Origin: Candidatus Ryanbacteria bacterium CG10_big_fil_rev_8_21_14_0_10_43_42 | GTDB lineage: Bacteria > Patescibacteriota > Minisyncoccia > Ryanbacterales > 2-02-FULL-48-12 | Direction of reading: 5' to 3' | DNA: 64,000 nucleotides | Assembly: GCA_002793915.1 (NCBI GenBank) | Contig: PFEF01000008.1 | Location: forward strand, 18,159 to 82,158 | Shown here: in pieces, positions 18,807 to 28,893 of the stretch | How positions within the stretch are numbered: the stretch's first letter is position 1 | Layout of the letters: every line of letters begins with the position of its first letter | Position numbers and translations under genes: made by a program | Notes under the pieces: model-generated | The model's database searches: none | Seen by the model: the letters and a program-made list of their open reading frames with translations, nothing else | What the model was told of the DNA's origin: nothing

Positions 18807-20936
18807 ATGATTTCTTTTTTGCAAAATAAAATACTCCTTTTTAGTGGCATACTCCTACTTACGCTGTTTGCGGTGTTTTCGCCGGCGGTATCGCATAGCG
18901 CGGATGCTCAATTTTATTCCGAATGCATAAATAACGTAATACCGGGAAAAATCGAATATGCTTTATGCGGCGAGGGCGCAACACTAAAAGCCGCCGCAGA
19001 CGCTTGTGCGGCAAAAGGGTGTACAGGGCTTCAATTTCAATGTCTTGGATCCTCGGCGGGATCTTGCCCCACACCTCCTGTTGATCCCACCGCCACACTC
19101 ACAAAGGCAGCCGGTGGTGCCGTCGTGCAGTACGTTCTTCCGAGTGTTATCAAGGCTCTTATCGGTATAATACAATTTCTTAATTCCGTTCTTGTCTGGG
19201 TGGTGGGAATTGTGGCACGTCTATTTGATCAAGCTGTTGCCATAGCGCTTGCCGGCTTTGGACAATTAAAATTTATTGAACTGGGCTGGACTATCGCGCG
19301 CGATGTTGCCAACATATTCTTTATTCTTATTCTTCTTGTTATTGCCATTGCCACCATCCTGCGTGTTGAAACATACGGCATAAAACAACTCCTTCCGCGC
19401 CTTGTCATTACCGCTCTTCTTATCAACTTTAGTTTGGTAATATCATTTGCCGTGGTAGATGCGTCCAATCTGTTAGCGCTTCAATTTATAGAGCCCATTT
19501 ATCCGGTATCTAATAAAATTGCTGATGTTATGAATATCAGCCAAATAACAGCGCTTAACGCGGGCACTTCACCAAGAACAGAAATTGAGTTTACCGATGC
19601 GGTTACTAACGGTTTTTACGATGTTCTTAATAAGTACAATAACTCCCCTGTAGCAAATCCAAGCGCTGCGACCGCAATGGCTCTCGGCCAAGCTCCCAAC
19701 CAGTTTGACCCTCTTATAGTAGATGGCTTGTTTCAGGTTATCATTCTTATTCTACTGCTCATTCTTATATTTGTGTTTATAGCGCTTGGCGCCCTTCTTA
19801 TCATTCGCACCATTGCTCTCATGGTTATATTTGTTTTCGCCCCTATCGGATTTATCGCCGGCATACTCCCGCAAACAAAAGGATATAGCACGGACTGGTG
19901 GCGGGCACTGTTTAACTGGTCATTCTTCTTTCCGGCATCCGCCTTCATGATGTACCTTGCCATACAATACGGAAAAGAAATAAGCGCCATCGTACGAGAT
20001 TCTCAAACGCTTAATACCGCCGCTCTATTCAGTTATGTGAGTATCGCCGCCATCCTGCTTGGCTCCATCTTGGTGGCAAAGAAAATGGGTATCTATGGAG
20101 CTGATGCCGCCATCAATATTGGCAGAAAGATACAAAAAAGTGCGCAAGGATATGCCGGTAGGGGAACTAAAAACTTAGGATTGCGAGCTACCGGGGGAGT
20201 AGCGCAAAGCGTCACGAAAGGCGTCTCAAGCATTCCAGTAATAGGCGGCGTACTAGCTAAAACTCCTGCCGCTATTGTGCGCGCAGACGAAAAGAGAAAA
20301 AGTGAAAAAGAAAAACAATACCGTGAAATTGCGAAAGGTTCCAAAACCGCCGTTCGAGCGGCACTCCAGGGAACAGCTCTTCCGGGCAATAAAGAACTTA
20401 TCCGGCGCCTTGCCGTTGAAGAAGGAAAAGCGGATGCATTAGACACCGCAGACCTTAGGCGCGATCACGCAAAATACATCACCACAGGAAATACGAAAGC
20501 TATTAAGAATATTGAAAAAGTACTTCCTGAACTTGCCGCTACCCGCGGAGCAACTCCTCAAGAGCAGGAACTAAATCTCAACCAAGCGGTATCAAACCTA
20601 ACCGTAAAAGATATTCAGGATAATCTTAGGGAAGATTCTCTTGCCAACGAAAAGGTTCAGAATGCGCTTCTTTTGGCGGCAAAATCAAATGTATTGGAAG
20701 CGGGATTGGATGAATTTGGAAAGAAATTTGGTGATGCATTGGAAAGCGCATACACTCGCTTAAAAAGCATTACACCGCCTCCCGGAACTTCTCAAGAACT
20801 GCATGCATACGATAAACTAAGCAGATCGACCGCGAAATTCTTTGTCGTAAGTCCGGGCGCTCAAATTCTTAATTCGAAAATAAGTCATGAAATTGCGTCT
20901 TCAGCTAAAACAAGAGGTCATAATTTTAATCCTTAA
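18807..20936 (+). CDS. VirB6/TrbL-like polytopic membrane protein
   Basis: GW...RD.ANIFFI..L..IA, LINFS, R...L....AP motifs; many TM helices; Cys-rich N-terminus; located in the PrgI/VirB4 operon. Confidence 0.75.
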   Translation: MISFLQNKILLFSGILLLTLFAVFSPAVSHSADAQFYSECINNVIPGKIEYALCGEGATLKAAADACAAKGCTGLQFQCLGSSAGSCPTPPVDPTATLTKAAGGAVVQYVLPSVIKALIGIIQFLNSVLVWVVGIVARLFDQAVAIALAGFGQLKFIELGWTIARDVANIFFILILLVIAIATILRVETYGIKQLLPRLVITALLINFSLVISFAVVDASNLLALQFIEPIYPVSNKIADVMNISQITALNAGTSPRTEIEFTDAVTNGFYDVLNKYNNSPVANPSAATAMALGQAPNQFDPLIVDGLFQVIILILLLILIFVFIALGALLIIRTIALMVIFVFAPIGFIAGILPQTKGYSTDWWRALFNWSFFFPASAFMMYLAIQYGKEISAIVRDSQTLNTAALFSYVSIAAILLGSILVAKKMGIYGADAAINIGRKIQKSAQGYAGRGTKNLGLRATGGVAQSVTKGVSSIPVIGGVLAKTPAAIVRADEKRKSEKEKQYREIAKGSKTAVRAALQGTALPGNKELIRRLAVEEGKADALDTADLRRDHAKYITTGNTKAIKNIEKVLPELAATRGATPQEQELNLNQAVSNLTVKDIQDNLREDSLANEKVQNALLLAAKSNVLEAGLDEFGKKFGDALESAYTRLKSITPPPGTSQELHAYDKLSRSTAKFFVVSPGAQILNSKISHEIASSAKTRGHNFNP

Positions 20937-20941
20937 TTTAT

Positions 20942-22141
20942 ATGGCAACACTTACACCACAAGAAGCGGATCAACGCATACAACGTCTCCCAAAGGCGCT
21001 TCGGCACGTTTTGTTTGCGGGAGCTACGGCTGACGCCGTATTTGATATTGGTACAAAATACAAACTTCTTATCGATAAAATGGGAGAACTGGCGTCCGAA
21101 ATAGGCGACTTTATGATCGGTGCCACAAAACCAAATGAATTTGTCGGTAATTTGGAACGTCGCCTTCAAATAGATAAAAGCGTTGCAAAACAAATAGCCG
21201 ACGATGTTAATAAGCAAATATTCGCCCCCGTCCGAAAAGAACTTCGTGAACTTCATGGCGTGGAAGAAAGCGATAAAGACACAAAAACGGAAGAGGTTCC
21301 CCAAAATATTGCGGAAACAACGGAACAAAGTACCGCTTCTTCCTTATTTGACGACAAACTTAATTTCGTAGAAGAAGAAGGAAAGAGTCTTTCTTTTGTA
21401 AAAAACAGCTCCATTGAAACATTAAAACGCGAACTTGATGAAGCGGTAGAAGAACCCCCTCACTTAAAAGAAAGTCATTCCTACTCACGGAATGACCCGT
21501 ACCGTGAGTCCATCACCAATGATGCATCTCCGCCTCCAAAACCATTCCCTAAATCAATAAAACCGCCGGAAGAAAAAGCCCCGCCTCCGCCGGAAGAAAA
21601 GATCACACCCGCATCTCCCATGTTCTCCCGTCTTCCCGAAACAACCCTTCAACCCAAAAAGAATATTCCTCCCGCCGCACCTGTTCCGTATACAAATGAA
21701 AAACCTTTTTCTTCCTCTCCATTTAGAAAAATACCGTCTCCGGGACCAAAGGCTGTTATCGACATAGATACCATAGCCAATGAAAAAGTTTCTTTTACCC
21801 CTATAGAAAAGAAAAATGACCCGCCTCCACCGCTCACCTCTTCCTCGCAAGAAAAAGAGCCTGTTAAAGAAATAACCCCCGTATCTCCGCCTGAAATAGT
21901 ATCTCTTGAAGAAAAATCTCCGGAAACCATACCAAAAGGAGGCGCTATCCCCACATTTCGCGGATTTTCCGCACAAAAGAAACAAGTGGAGGGCGTCCCT
22001 CGTGTACCGGATTACTTGCGTCCGGCCGCTTCTCCGCCTCCGCCAAAACCACCAACGCCACCCAAGCCAAACCCCGTAAAACAAAACCTTTCTCCTTCAA
22101 AACAAGATGAAAGCGATCCCTACCGCGAACCAATATCATAA
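20942..22141 (+). CDS. Pro-rich protein with helical N-domain and DPYRE motifs
   Basis: Conserved-looking N-terminal ~105 aa, long P/E/K/S-rich tract, NDPYRESI internally and SDPYREPIS at the C-terminus. Confidence 0.75.
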   Translation: MATLTPQEADQRIQRLPKALRHVLFAGATADAVFDIGTKYKLLIDKMGELASEIGDFMIGATKPNEFVGNLERRLQIDKSVAKQIADDVNKQIFAPVRKELRELHGVEESDKDTKTEEVPQNIAETTEQSTASSLFDDKLNFVEEEGKSLSFVKNSSIETLKRELDEAVEEPPHLKESHSYSRNDPYRESITNDASPPPKPFPKSIKPPEEKAPPPPEEKITPASPMFSRLPETTLQPKKNIPPAAPVPYTNEKPFSSSPFRKIPSPGPKAVIDIDTIANEKVSFTPIEKKNDPPPPLTSSSQEKEPVKEITPVSPPEIVSLEEKSPETIPKGGAIPTFRGFSAQKKQVEGVPRVPDYLRPAASPPPPKPPTPPKPNPVKQNLSPSKQDESDPYREPIS

Positions 22142-22173
22142 AACACACTATCCGACCCTCACCATATACTTAC

Positions 22174-22662
22174 ATGCAACAATTTCAGGTACCACAATTT
22201 ATTCAGGTGGAAGATAAAATTTTCGGTCCTCTCACCACAAAACAATTCTTCTATCTTCTGGGTGGAGGCGGGCTTTCCTTTTTATTTTGGTTTTTCTTCA
22301 ATTTCTGGATCTTCATCATACTTTCCATTCCTGTCGTAGCACTCGCACTCGCACTCGCATTTTACACGGTAAATGGACAGCCTCTTGTTTCTGTTATCGG
22401 AAACTACTTTGGCTACATAGCACGCCCCCGTCTCTTTATCTGGAAAAAGAAGGAACATTTTTCCAAAAAAGATTCTGTCATAACGGGCGGAGGCGGGGGA
22501 CTGCACATACCAAAAGTATCCCAGGATAAACTAAAGGACCTCGCATGGTCTTTAGATGTTATGGAGCATGTAAAGCGAGAACGTCCGCCAAACATTCGTG
22601 AAAATGCATTCCCCGCGAATAAAGATAAGGACAACGTCCCTCCGCGCACGACCGACGTCTAA
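22174..22662 (+). CDS. PrgI-family protein (VirB3-like)
   Basis: QFQVPQFI.VEDKIFGPLT.KQF followed by two TM helices. Confidence 0.88.
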   Translation: MQQFQVPQFIQVEDKIFGPLTTKQFFYLLGGGGLSFLFWFFFNFWIFIILSIPVVALALALAFYTVNGQPLVSVIGNYFGYIARPRLFIWKKKEHFSKKDSVITGGGGGLHIPKVSQDKLKDLAWSLDVMEHVKRERPPNIRENAFPANKDKDNVPPRTTDV

Positions 22663-22679
22663 TAATATAAATCTTTTCT

Positions 22680-23330
22680 ATGGCACAATCCACACGCCCC
22701 GCACAAGACATTGTCTCCATAAAGGAAGTTCGTGACGGCGTTCTTCTTTTGAAGGACGGTTCTTTTCGTGTGGTACTTATTGCTTCCTCTATTAACTTCG
22801 CTCTTAAATCGGGTGAGGAACAGGACGCTATCGTGCTTCAGTACCAAAATTTTCTTAATTCGCTTGATTTCTCCGTTGAATTCTTTATTCAATCACGCAG
22901 ATTGAATATTGATCCATACCTTGATATTTTACGCGAACGCCTTAAACACACCTATCATGATCTTATGAAAATTCAAATTACCGAATATATCGACTTCGTA
23001 GGTTCATTTGTGGATTCCGCAAATATTATGACAAAGAATTTTTATATCGTTGTTCCCTTTACGCCGGGCGGATCTTTAAAGAAAAAAGAAGTACAAAGCG
23101 TTTTTTCCTCTTTATTTAAGGGAGGAAAGGAATCAAAGCCGATTGAAGAAGGAGCCTTTGAAGAATATAAAACGCAATTATACCAGCGTGTGGAGGTTGT
23201 CCGGCAAGGACTTATACGCACAGGCGTGCGCGTTGTACCGCTTAACACCGAAGAATTAGTGGAGCTGTTTTATGAACTTTATAATCCGGGAGAAGCGGAG
23301 AAGGGGAAGATACCGGAAACAACCGGTTAG
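22680..23330 (+). CDS. VirB4/TraC N-terminal-like protein
   Basis: SINFALKS.EEQDAI...YQ.FLNSLDF motif; lies between PrgI and VirB4. Confidence 0.75.
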   Translation: MAQSTRPAQDIVSIKEVRDGVLLLKDGSFRVVLIASSINFALKSGEEQDAIVLQYQNFLNSLDFSVEFFIQSRRLNIDPYLDILRERLKHTYHDLMKIQITEYIDFVGSFVDSANIMTKNFYIVVPFTPGGSLKKKEVQSVFSSLFKGGKESKPIEEGAFEEYKTQLYQRVEVVRQGLIRTGVRVVPLNTEELVELFYELYNPGEAEKGKIPETTG

Positions 23331-23397
23331 GGCACCATATATTGGCTTTTTGGAAATGGTTCCAAGAAACCAATACCCGGCATCCTAATATTACACT

Positions 23398-25221
23398 ATG
23401 GGTTTATTTGATTCCCTTACGGGGAAAAATAAGAAAAAAGAGGATGAAATTCTTCCTGTATTTCCGCAGGATATTTATGCCGCCGGCATGCTTGATTTGG
23501 GAGATGCTATAGCTCCCGCGGCTCTTGAGGTGAATTCCAGCTATATTCGCCTCGGTGAAAAGTATGCCCGCACCATATTTGTATTTACCTATCCGCGATT
23601 TCTTGCGACTAGCTGGTTTGCTCCCATCATTAACCTGGATAAAATATTCGATGTCGCAATATTTGTCCATCCCGTAAACACCGTTATTATTTTGCGCGAT
23701 CTTAGAAAAAAAGTTGCCGAAGTGCAGTCGCAAATTTCCTTGCGCGAAGAAAAAGGACTGGTGCGCGATCCGGTGCTTGATACCGCATATCAAGATCTTG
23801 AAGCGCTCCGCGATAAACTGCAACAAGCCCAAGAAAAATTATTTAGCTTGGGACTCTATATAACCGTATATGCCGATACGCTCAAGGAGTTAGATGATTC
23901 GGAAACTGAAATTCGATCTCTTCTTGAAGCCCGTTTGGTATACGCAAAACCGGCATTGTTTCAACAGCAGGAGGGTCTTACGAGCACATTTCCTTTAGCA
24001 CTTGATGTGTTAAAAATAAGCACCTACATGAATTCTTCTCCTATTTCGAGTATTTTTCCTTTTGTTTCCTTTGATCTTACATCCAATCGCGGTATTTTAT
24101 ACGGCATCAATCGGCACAATAACAGTCTTATCTTATTTGATCGCTTCACCCTTGAAAACTATAATACGGTAATCTTCGCAAAAGCCGGTGCCGGAAAATC
24201 ATACATGACAAAACTTGAAATCCTTCGCTCCCTTATGTTTGACGTAGAGGTGATTGTGATTGATCCGGAAAGAGAATATGAGTATCTTGCCGAAACGGTG
24301 GGAGGACGCTTCTTTAATATATCGGTAAACTCGCCTCATCACATCAACCCCTTTGACCTTCCGTTTCCGCAGGATGATGAATCGGTGGCAGACGTACTCC
24401 GTTCAAATATCATAAACCTTGTCGGACTTTTTCGTATTATGCTGGGCGGCTTTACGCCCGAAGAAGATGCTATTTTAGACCGCGCCATTACGGAAACTTA
24501 TGCCGCAAAAGATATTACCCCCGATGCTGATCTTACAAAAGTATCTCCTCCTCTTCTTTCCGACCTACAAACCATTCTTGCTGACATGGAAGGAGGGGAT
24601 CATATTGCCGTCCGGCTAAGAAAGTATACCGAAGGAACGTGGGCCGGATTCCTCAATCACCCCACCAATATCAATATCGACAAACATATCGCCGTATTTT
24701 CACTGCGGGATATGGAAGAGGAAATTCGTCCGGTGGGTATGTATATCGTTACCCATTACATCTGGAATGTTGTGCGTTCAGAGCTTAAAAAGCGTATTTT
24801 AATCGTAGATGAGGCGTGGTGGATTATGAAAACGGAAGATGGTGCCTCTTTTTTGTACGGTCTTGCGAAGCGTGCGCGTAAATATTACCTGGGTGTTACT
24901 GCCATTACACAGGATGTTACTGATTTTATCAGCTCCACCTACGGAAAACCTCTTATAACCAACTCCTCCATTCAAGTTCTTCTCCGCCAATCACCCGCAT
25001 CTATCGATATTATCCAGCAAACATTCAACCTTACCGATGAAGAAAAGTTCCTTTTACTGGAATCAGATGTGGGGGAGGGTATTTTCTTCGCGGGATTAAA
25101 GCATGTTGCCATTAAGGTTATTGCGTCGTATACGGAAGATCAGATAATTACATCCGATCCGGCGCAATTACTGGCCATTAAAAAAGCGAAAAAAGATCTT
25201 ACGGAACAGGAGGGATTATAA
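23398..25221 (+). CDS. VirB4-like T4SS ATPase
   Basis: Walker A AKAGAGKS, IDPEREY, INPFD, Walker B IVDEAW, KRARKY, TQ. Confidence 0.92.
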   Translation: MGLFDSLTGKNKKKEDEILPVFPQDIYAAGMLDLGDAIAPAALEVNSSYIRLGEKYARTIFVFTYPRFLATSWFAPIINLDKIFDVAIFVHPVNTVIILRDLRKKVAEVQSQISLREEKGLVRDPVLDTAYQDLEALRDKLQQAQEKLFSLGLYITVYADTLKELDDSETEIRSLLEARLVYAKPALFQQQEGLTSTFPLALDVLKISTYMNSSPISSIFPFVSFDLTSNRGILYGINRHNNSLILFDRFTLENYNTVIFAKAGAGKSYMTKLEILRSLMFDVEVIVIDPEREYEYLAETVGGRFFNISVNSPHHINPFDLPFPQDDESVADVLRSNIINLVGLFRIMLGGFTPEEDAILDRAITETYAAKDITPDADLTKVSPPLLSDLQTILADMEGGDHIAVRLRKYTEGTWAGFLNHPTNINIDKHIAVFSLRDMEEEIRPVGMYIVTHYIWNVVRSELKKRILIVDEAWWIMKTEDGASFLYGLAKRARKYYLGVTAITQDVTDFISSTYGKPLITNSSIQVLLRQSPASIDIIQQTFNLTDEEKFLLLESDVGEGIFFAGLKHVAIKVIASYTEDQIITSDPAQLLAIKKAKKDLTEQEGL

Positions 25222-25261
25222 TAAATCTTGAACAGCTTATTTACAAGCATAATCTATTGCT

Positions 25262-25780
25262 ATGGCATCAGACGCAATAGCGCAAATATCCATAGAACAA
25301 TCTGATACCGAACAGGAAAGCCGGGCGGATCTTCTGCGTGCACGGACGGCCGATAAGCGGCGGGAAAAAAATACCGAAAAAAACCAAGAAATAAAAACCG
25401 GTACTCAAAAACCCTTTCCCATTAGTCCCGTAGAATCAGGGATTGGTATGATGATTGGCTTATGTGTGGACGCATTTGAAGCGTTGGGGGCGCTTACCGC
25501 CGTCATTCCCGTTATAGGGTGGGCTATTGCGGGTGCCAGTGCTGTGGTAGGAGCCGTATTTAGTGGTATAATGTTTTTAGGAATTGCTCTATGGTTTTTG
25601 TTTAAGGGAATTTGTCCCGACAATCCACATAATATAACATTATATACCGTTTTATTTGCCACAACGTTCAGTAATACCGTTTTTAATTGGCTTCCCGCAT
25701 GGTTTGGATTTTTCTTCTGGCTATTTTATCGTTTTTATAAGAAAAAAATTATTCCTTTTTCATTCGAATCTAAAAAATAA
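25262..25780 (+). CDS. Hypothetical membrane protein
   Basis: 3-4 hydrophobic segments; in operon. Confidence 0.7.
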   Translation: MASDAIAQISIEQSDTEQESRADLLRARTADKRREKNTEKNQEIKTGTQKPFPISPVESGIGMMIGLCVDAFEALGALTAVIPVIGWAIAGASAVVGAVFSGIMFLGIALWFLFKGICPDNPHNITLYTVLFATTFSNTVFNWLPAWFGFFFWLFYRFYKKKIIPFSFESKK

Positions 25781-26793
25781 TGACGTATTCTTTTAAAAAA
25801 TATAGTAGTCTTTTTGCTCTTGTAGGAAGTGGTACGCTTCTTGTTTTTAGTTTTATGACGTTCTCCGCTTATGCGCAAGACACTCTTGTTAGCCGTGATG
25901 TGCAGTTTATATTCACACCCCCTTCTCCCGGACCTCACGAAACTGTTCGGGTGGATGCACGTTCTTTCAGTTTTGATATGGAAACAGCCCTATTTACCTG
26001 GGTAGTAGATGGCGTAACGGTGGAATCGGAAGTCGGTAAAAAATCCATAACCATCACAACCGGTCCGGTGGGGTCCGAAACACGCATATCCTTAACTGCC
26101 ATACCAAAAACAGGCAGACGCGTTGAAAAAAGCATTACTATTTTCCCCGGTAGTTTGGATTTAATATGGTCAGCGAATACATACGTGCCGCCCGGATATC
26201 AAGGAAAACCCCTTCCCACCCGAGGATCTACCGTAACCGTTACGGCCGTTTCCAATATTGCGGCCGGATTTGGACTCCTTTCGGCAAACGAGCTTTTTTA
26301 CGAATGGCGGCTAAATAATATTATTCAACCCCAATATTCCGGACGGGGACGAAGTGTATTTTATTTTACTATCGGAACAAGTCCTAATATAGAACATGTT
26401 GTGTCCGTAATCGTGAAAGACGCTTCGGGTGCCACCACCCAAGAAAAACGCGTTACCATCAAACCGCAAGAGCCGCGTATATTGTTTTACGAAATAAATC
26501 CTCTGCGCGGTCCTCAATTTAATAATGCTATCACAGATCGTTTCTCGCTAACGTCGGGTCAAGAAGCCCAATTTCTTGCTGTTCCGTTCTTTATACGCAC
26601 GCCTCTATCATCATTTACTTCTTTTTGGAAAATTAACACAGATATACTTCCTCCGGATGAATCCGATCGTGATATACTGAATTATCGTTCCGATTCGGGA
26701 AGTGCGGGAAAGCAAACTATTTCTTACGAAATTGAAAATCCGTCTTATATTTTTGAACGGGCACGTAATTCATTTATCATCAATGTACAATAA
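25780..26793 (+). CDS. Secreted protein with Ig/PKD-like domains
   Basis: Signal peptide (AYA); repeated F/Y.W.VDG/LNN beta motifs. Confidence 0.75.
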   Translation: MTYSFKKYSSLFALVGSGTLLVFSFMTFSAYAQDTLVSRDVQFIFTPPSPGPHETVRVDARSFSFDMETALFTWVVDGVTVESEVGKKSITITTGPVGSETRISLTAIPKTGRRVEKSITIFPGSLDLIWSANTYVPPGYQGKPLPTRGSTVTVTAVSNIAAGFGLLSANELFYEWRLNNIIQPQYSGRGRSVFYFTIGTSPNIEHVVSVIVKDASGATTQEKRVTIKPQEPRILFYEINPLRGPQFNNAITDRFSLTSGQEAQFLAVPFFIRTPLSSFTSFWKINTDILPPDESDRDILNYRSDSGSAGKQTISYEIENPSYIFERARNSFIINVQ

Positions 26794-26800
26794 CTTCTCT

Positions 26801-27199
26801 ATGCGTATATTCTTCTTTATTGTAATAATCCTGTTATTCTTTTCTGTCGGGTGGTTGGGGGCGGATGCCGCCACTTACAACCTGCTCGCGCCCTTGCCGG
26901 GCGGAACAGCATCTATTGATACCAGTAACGGCTTTATTACCTATATTTCTCAAATTTTCTGGTTTCTCTTAAGTGCCGCCGGCATTTTAGCTGTTCTTAT
27001 GCTTATTTTTGCCGGAGCCGAATATGTGGGCGCCGCCGGAAACCCCAGTGTTATAAATGACGCAAAAAGCCGTATTTTTAATGCTATCCTTGGCCTCCTT
27101 CTCGCACTTACGGCATATCTTATTTTAATAACGATAAACCCCAATCTGATTAATTTAAAATTAACTGTTCCTCCCATTCCGGCATCCGTAAATCCTTAG
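26801..27199 (+). CDS. VirB2/TrbC-like pilin
   Basis: Signal peptide; AVLMLIFAG..Y..AAGNP.....AK.RI.NA..GL two-helix pilin pattern. Confidence 0.8.
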   Translation: MRIFFFIVIILLFFSVGWLGADAATYNLLAPLPGGTASIDTSNGFITYISQIFWFLLSAAGILAVLMLIFAGAEYVGAAGNPSVINDAKSRIFNAILGLLLALTAYLILITINPNLINLKLTVPPIPASVNP

Positions 27200-27206
27200 A
27201 TATTAT

Positions 27207-28409
27207 ATGAACAGCGACAAACGAAAAAAAATAATTATTATCGGCGCAAGCGTTCTTGGTGTCATTCTTATTGGAACAGGAATATTTTTCTTTTTCCGCG
27301 GTGACAGTCAGAATTCCGAACAGTCATTTTTTGGAAGGCTGTTCGGCGGAGATATGCCCGTAATTCCCGGCGAAGGCGACGGTATAGAAACTCTTCCCCG
27401 CCCGAACACACCTGCAGAAGGGGAGGGGCCACGCCTGAATCGTGTTTCGGAAGAACCGGTTATCGGAGCAACATTCATACCCGATACTGATAAAATAAAA
27501 TATTTTAAAAAAGCCACCGGTCACCTTTTTGAAAATACTTACGACGGATTAAACGAACGTCGCGCGTCAAATATCACCATTCCCGCCATCCAAAAAGCAC
27601 TCTGGTCTCCTTCAAAAGAGTATGCGGTACTTTCCTATTATACGGACGGGGATATACGACACTTTTATACAAAATACTCCGGCACAACAACGGCAGAATC
27701 CGGTTTTTTACCGCCGTCTCTCACATCTATAACTATGTCCGCTGAACGTGATGTTATGGCATATACACTTCCGGTAAACGGAGAGACTGCCGTCATAACG
27801 GCACGCCCGGATAATACCGCGCAAAGCACTATTCTTCGCACGTCCATCCCTGACATTATACTTGCCTTTCCCGGATCACAGACGCTAAGTATACAAACAA
27901 AGGGGTCCGCTTATGCTGAAGGTTATTTATATACCCTCACAACGCCAAACGGAAATCTCGTTAACGTATTGGGCGAAATATACGGACTTTCATCGCTTTG
28001 GTCCCCGGATATAAATACCGTTCTCTATTTTTCAACAAACCAAAACGGCAATAGCCCGTCACTAAATCTTTATTCAAAAAATACCGGAGTGGTACGCACC
28101 CTTTCTATGACAACACTTCCGGAAAAATGCGTGTGGTCATCACGGGAAGAGGAACATATCCTTTATTGTGGTATTCCCGATAAACTCCCCCGCACGACAT
28201 TACCTGATGCGTGGTGGCAGGGGACCGTATCATTTTCCGATTCCATTTGGCGCATCAACCTGGATACTAATGAACAAATAAAACTTATAGATACAAGCGA
28301 GTTGAACGTAGATGCTGTGCATCTTTTCACTTCAGGGGATGCTTCTCATCTCTTTTTCACCAATAAAAAAGACGGCAGCTTATGGAGCTACCGCCTTACT
28401 GGTCTCTAA
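27207..28409 (+). CDS. Membrane-anchored beta-propeller (TolB/WD40-like) protein
   Basis: N-terminal TM helix; repeated WSP blades; LPEKCVWS..LYCGIP. Confidence 0.75.
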   Translation: MNSDKRKKIIIIGASVLGVILIGTGIFFFFRGDSQNSEQSFFGRLFGGDMPVIPGEGDGIETLPRPNTPAEGEGPRLNRVSEEPVIGATFIPDTDKIKYFKKATGHLFENTYDGLNERRASNITIPAIQKALWSPSKEYAVLSYYTDGDIRHFYTKYSGTTTAESGFLPPSLTSITMSAERDVMAYTLPVNGETAVITARPDNTAQSTILRTSIPDIILAFPGSQTLSIQTKGSAYAEGYLYTLTTPNGNLVNVLGEIYGLSSLWSPDINTVLYFSTNQNGNSPSLNLYSKNTGVVRTLSMTTLPEKCVWSSREEEHILYCGIPDKLPRTTLPDAWWQGTVSFSDSIWRINLDTNEQIKLIDTSELNVDAVHLFTSGDASHLFFTNKKDGSLWSYRLTGL

Positions 28410-28422
28410 AAACCATGTATAT

Positions 28423-28893
28423 TTAGGTTGTATTTGTTGAAGGTTTTATAACCACACGCCTGGTTTCTCCCTCCCCGATGCTTTCCGTCTCTATGTCAGG
28501 ATCTTCTGCGAGAGATACGTGAATAATACGGCGCTCGTATGCGCTCATGGGCTGCATAATAACTTCTTTTTTAAAATACCGCACACGTTGAGCGCTCATA
28601 CGTGCTCTGTCTTTAATTTCTTCAATGCGTTTTCGCTGGTAATCATTAACGTCAATAAGAAAGGGAATATACTCATCTCCCAAAACCCGCTCCGCCATGC
28701 GCTTTACAATAGCATGAAGTGCCAATAAGTGCTGTCCATTTTCCCCTATTAAAATGCCGCCGTCAGGCGTTTTAATATGAAAACATACGCTATCTATAAG
28801 CTCTGTTTCTTCAACCGAAGACACAATATTCATTCGTTTAAGCGTTTCTTCAAGAAGACTTCGTATCACCGGCGTTGTTTCGTTCTGGTTCAT
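28423..28893 (-). CDS. jag: Jag/EloR KH-R3H RNA-binding protein (short form)
   Basis: LIGENGQ.L.AL KH; PMSAYERRIIH R3H; downstream of yidC. Confidence 0.9.
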   Translation of the reverse strand: MNQNETTPVIRSLLEETLKRMNIVSSVEETELIDSVCFHIKTPDGGILIGENGQHLLALHAIVKRMAERVLGDEYIPFLIDVNDYQRKRIEEIKDRARMSAQRVRYFKKEVIMQPMSAYERRIIHVSLAEDPDIETESIGEGETRRVVIKPSTNTT

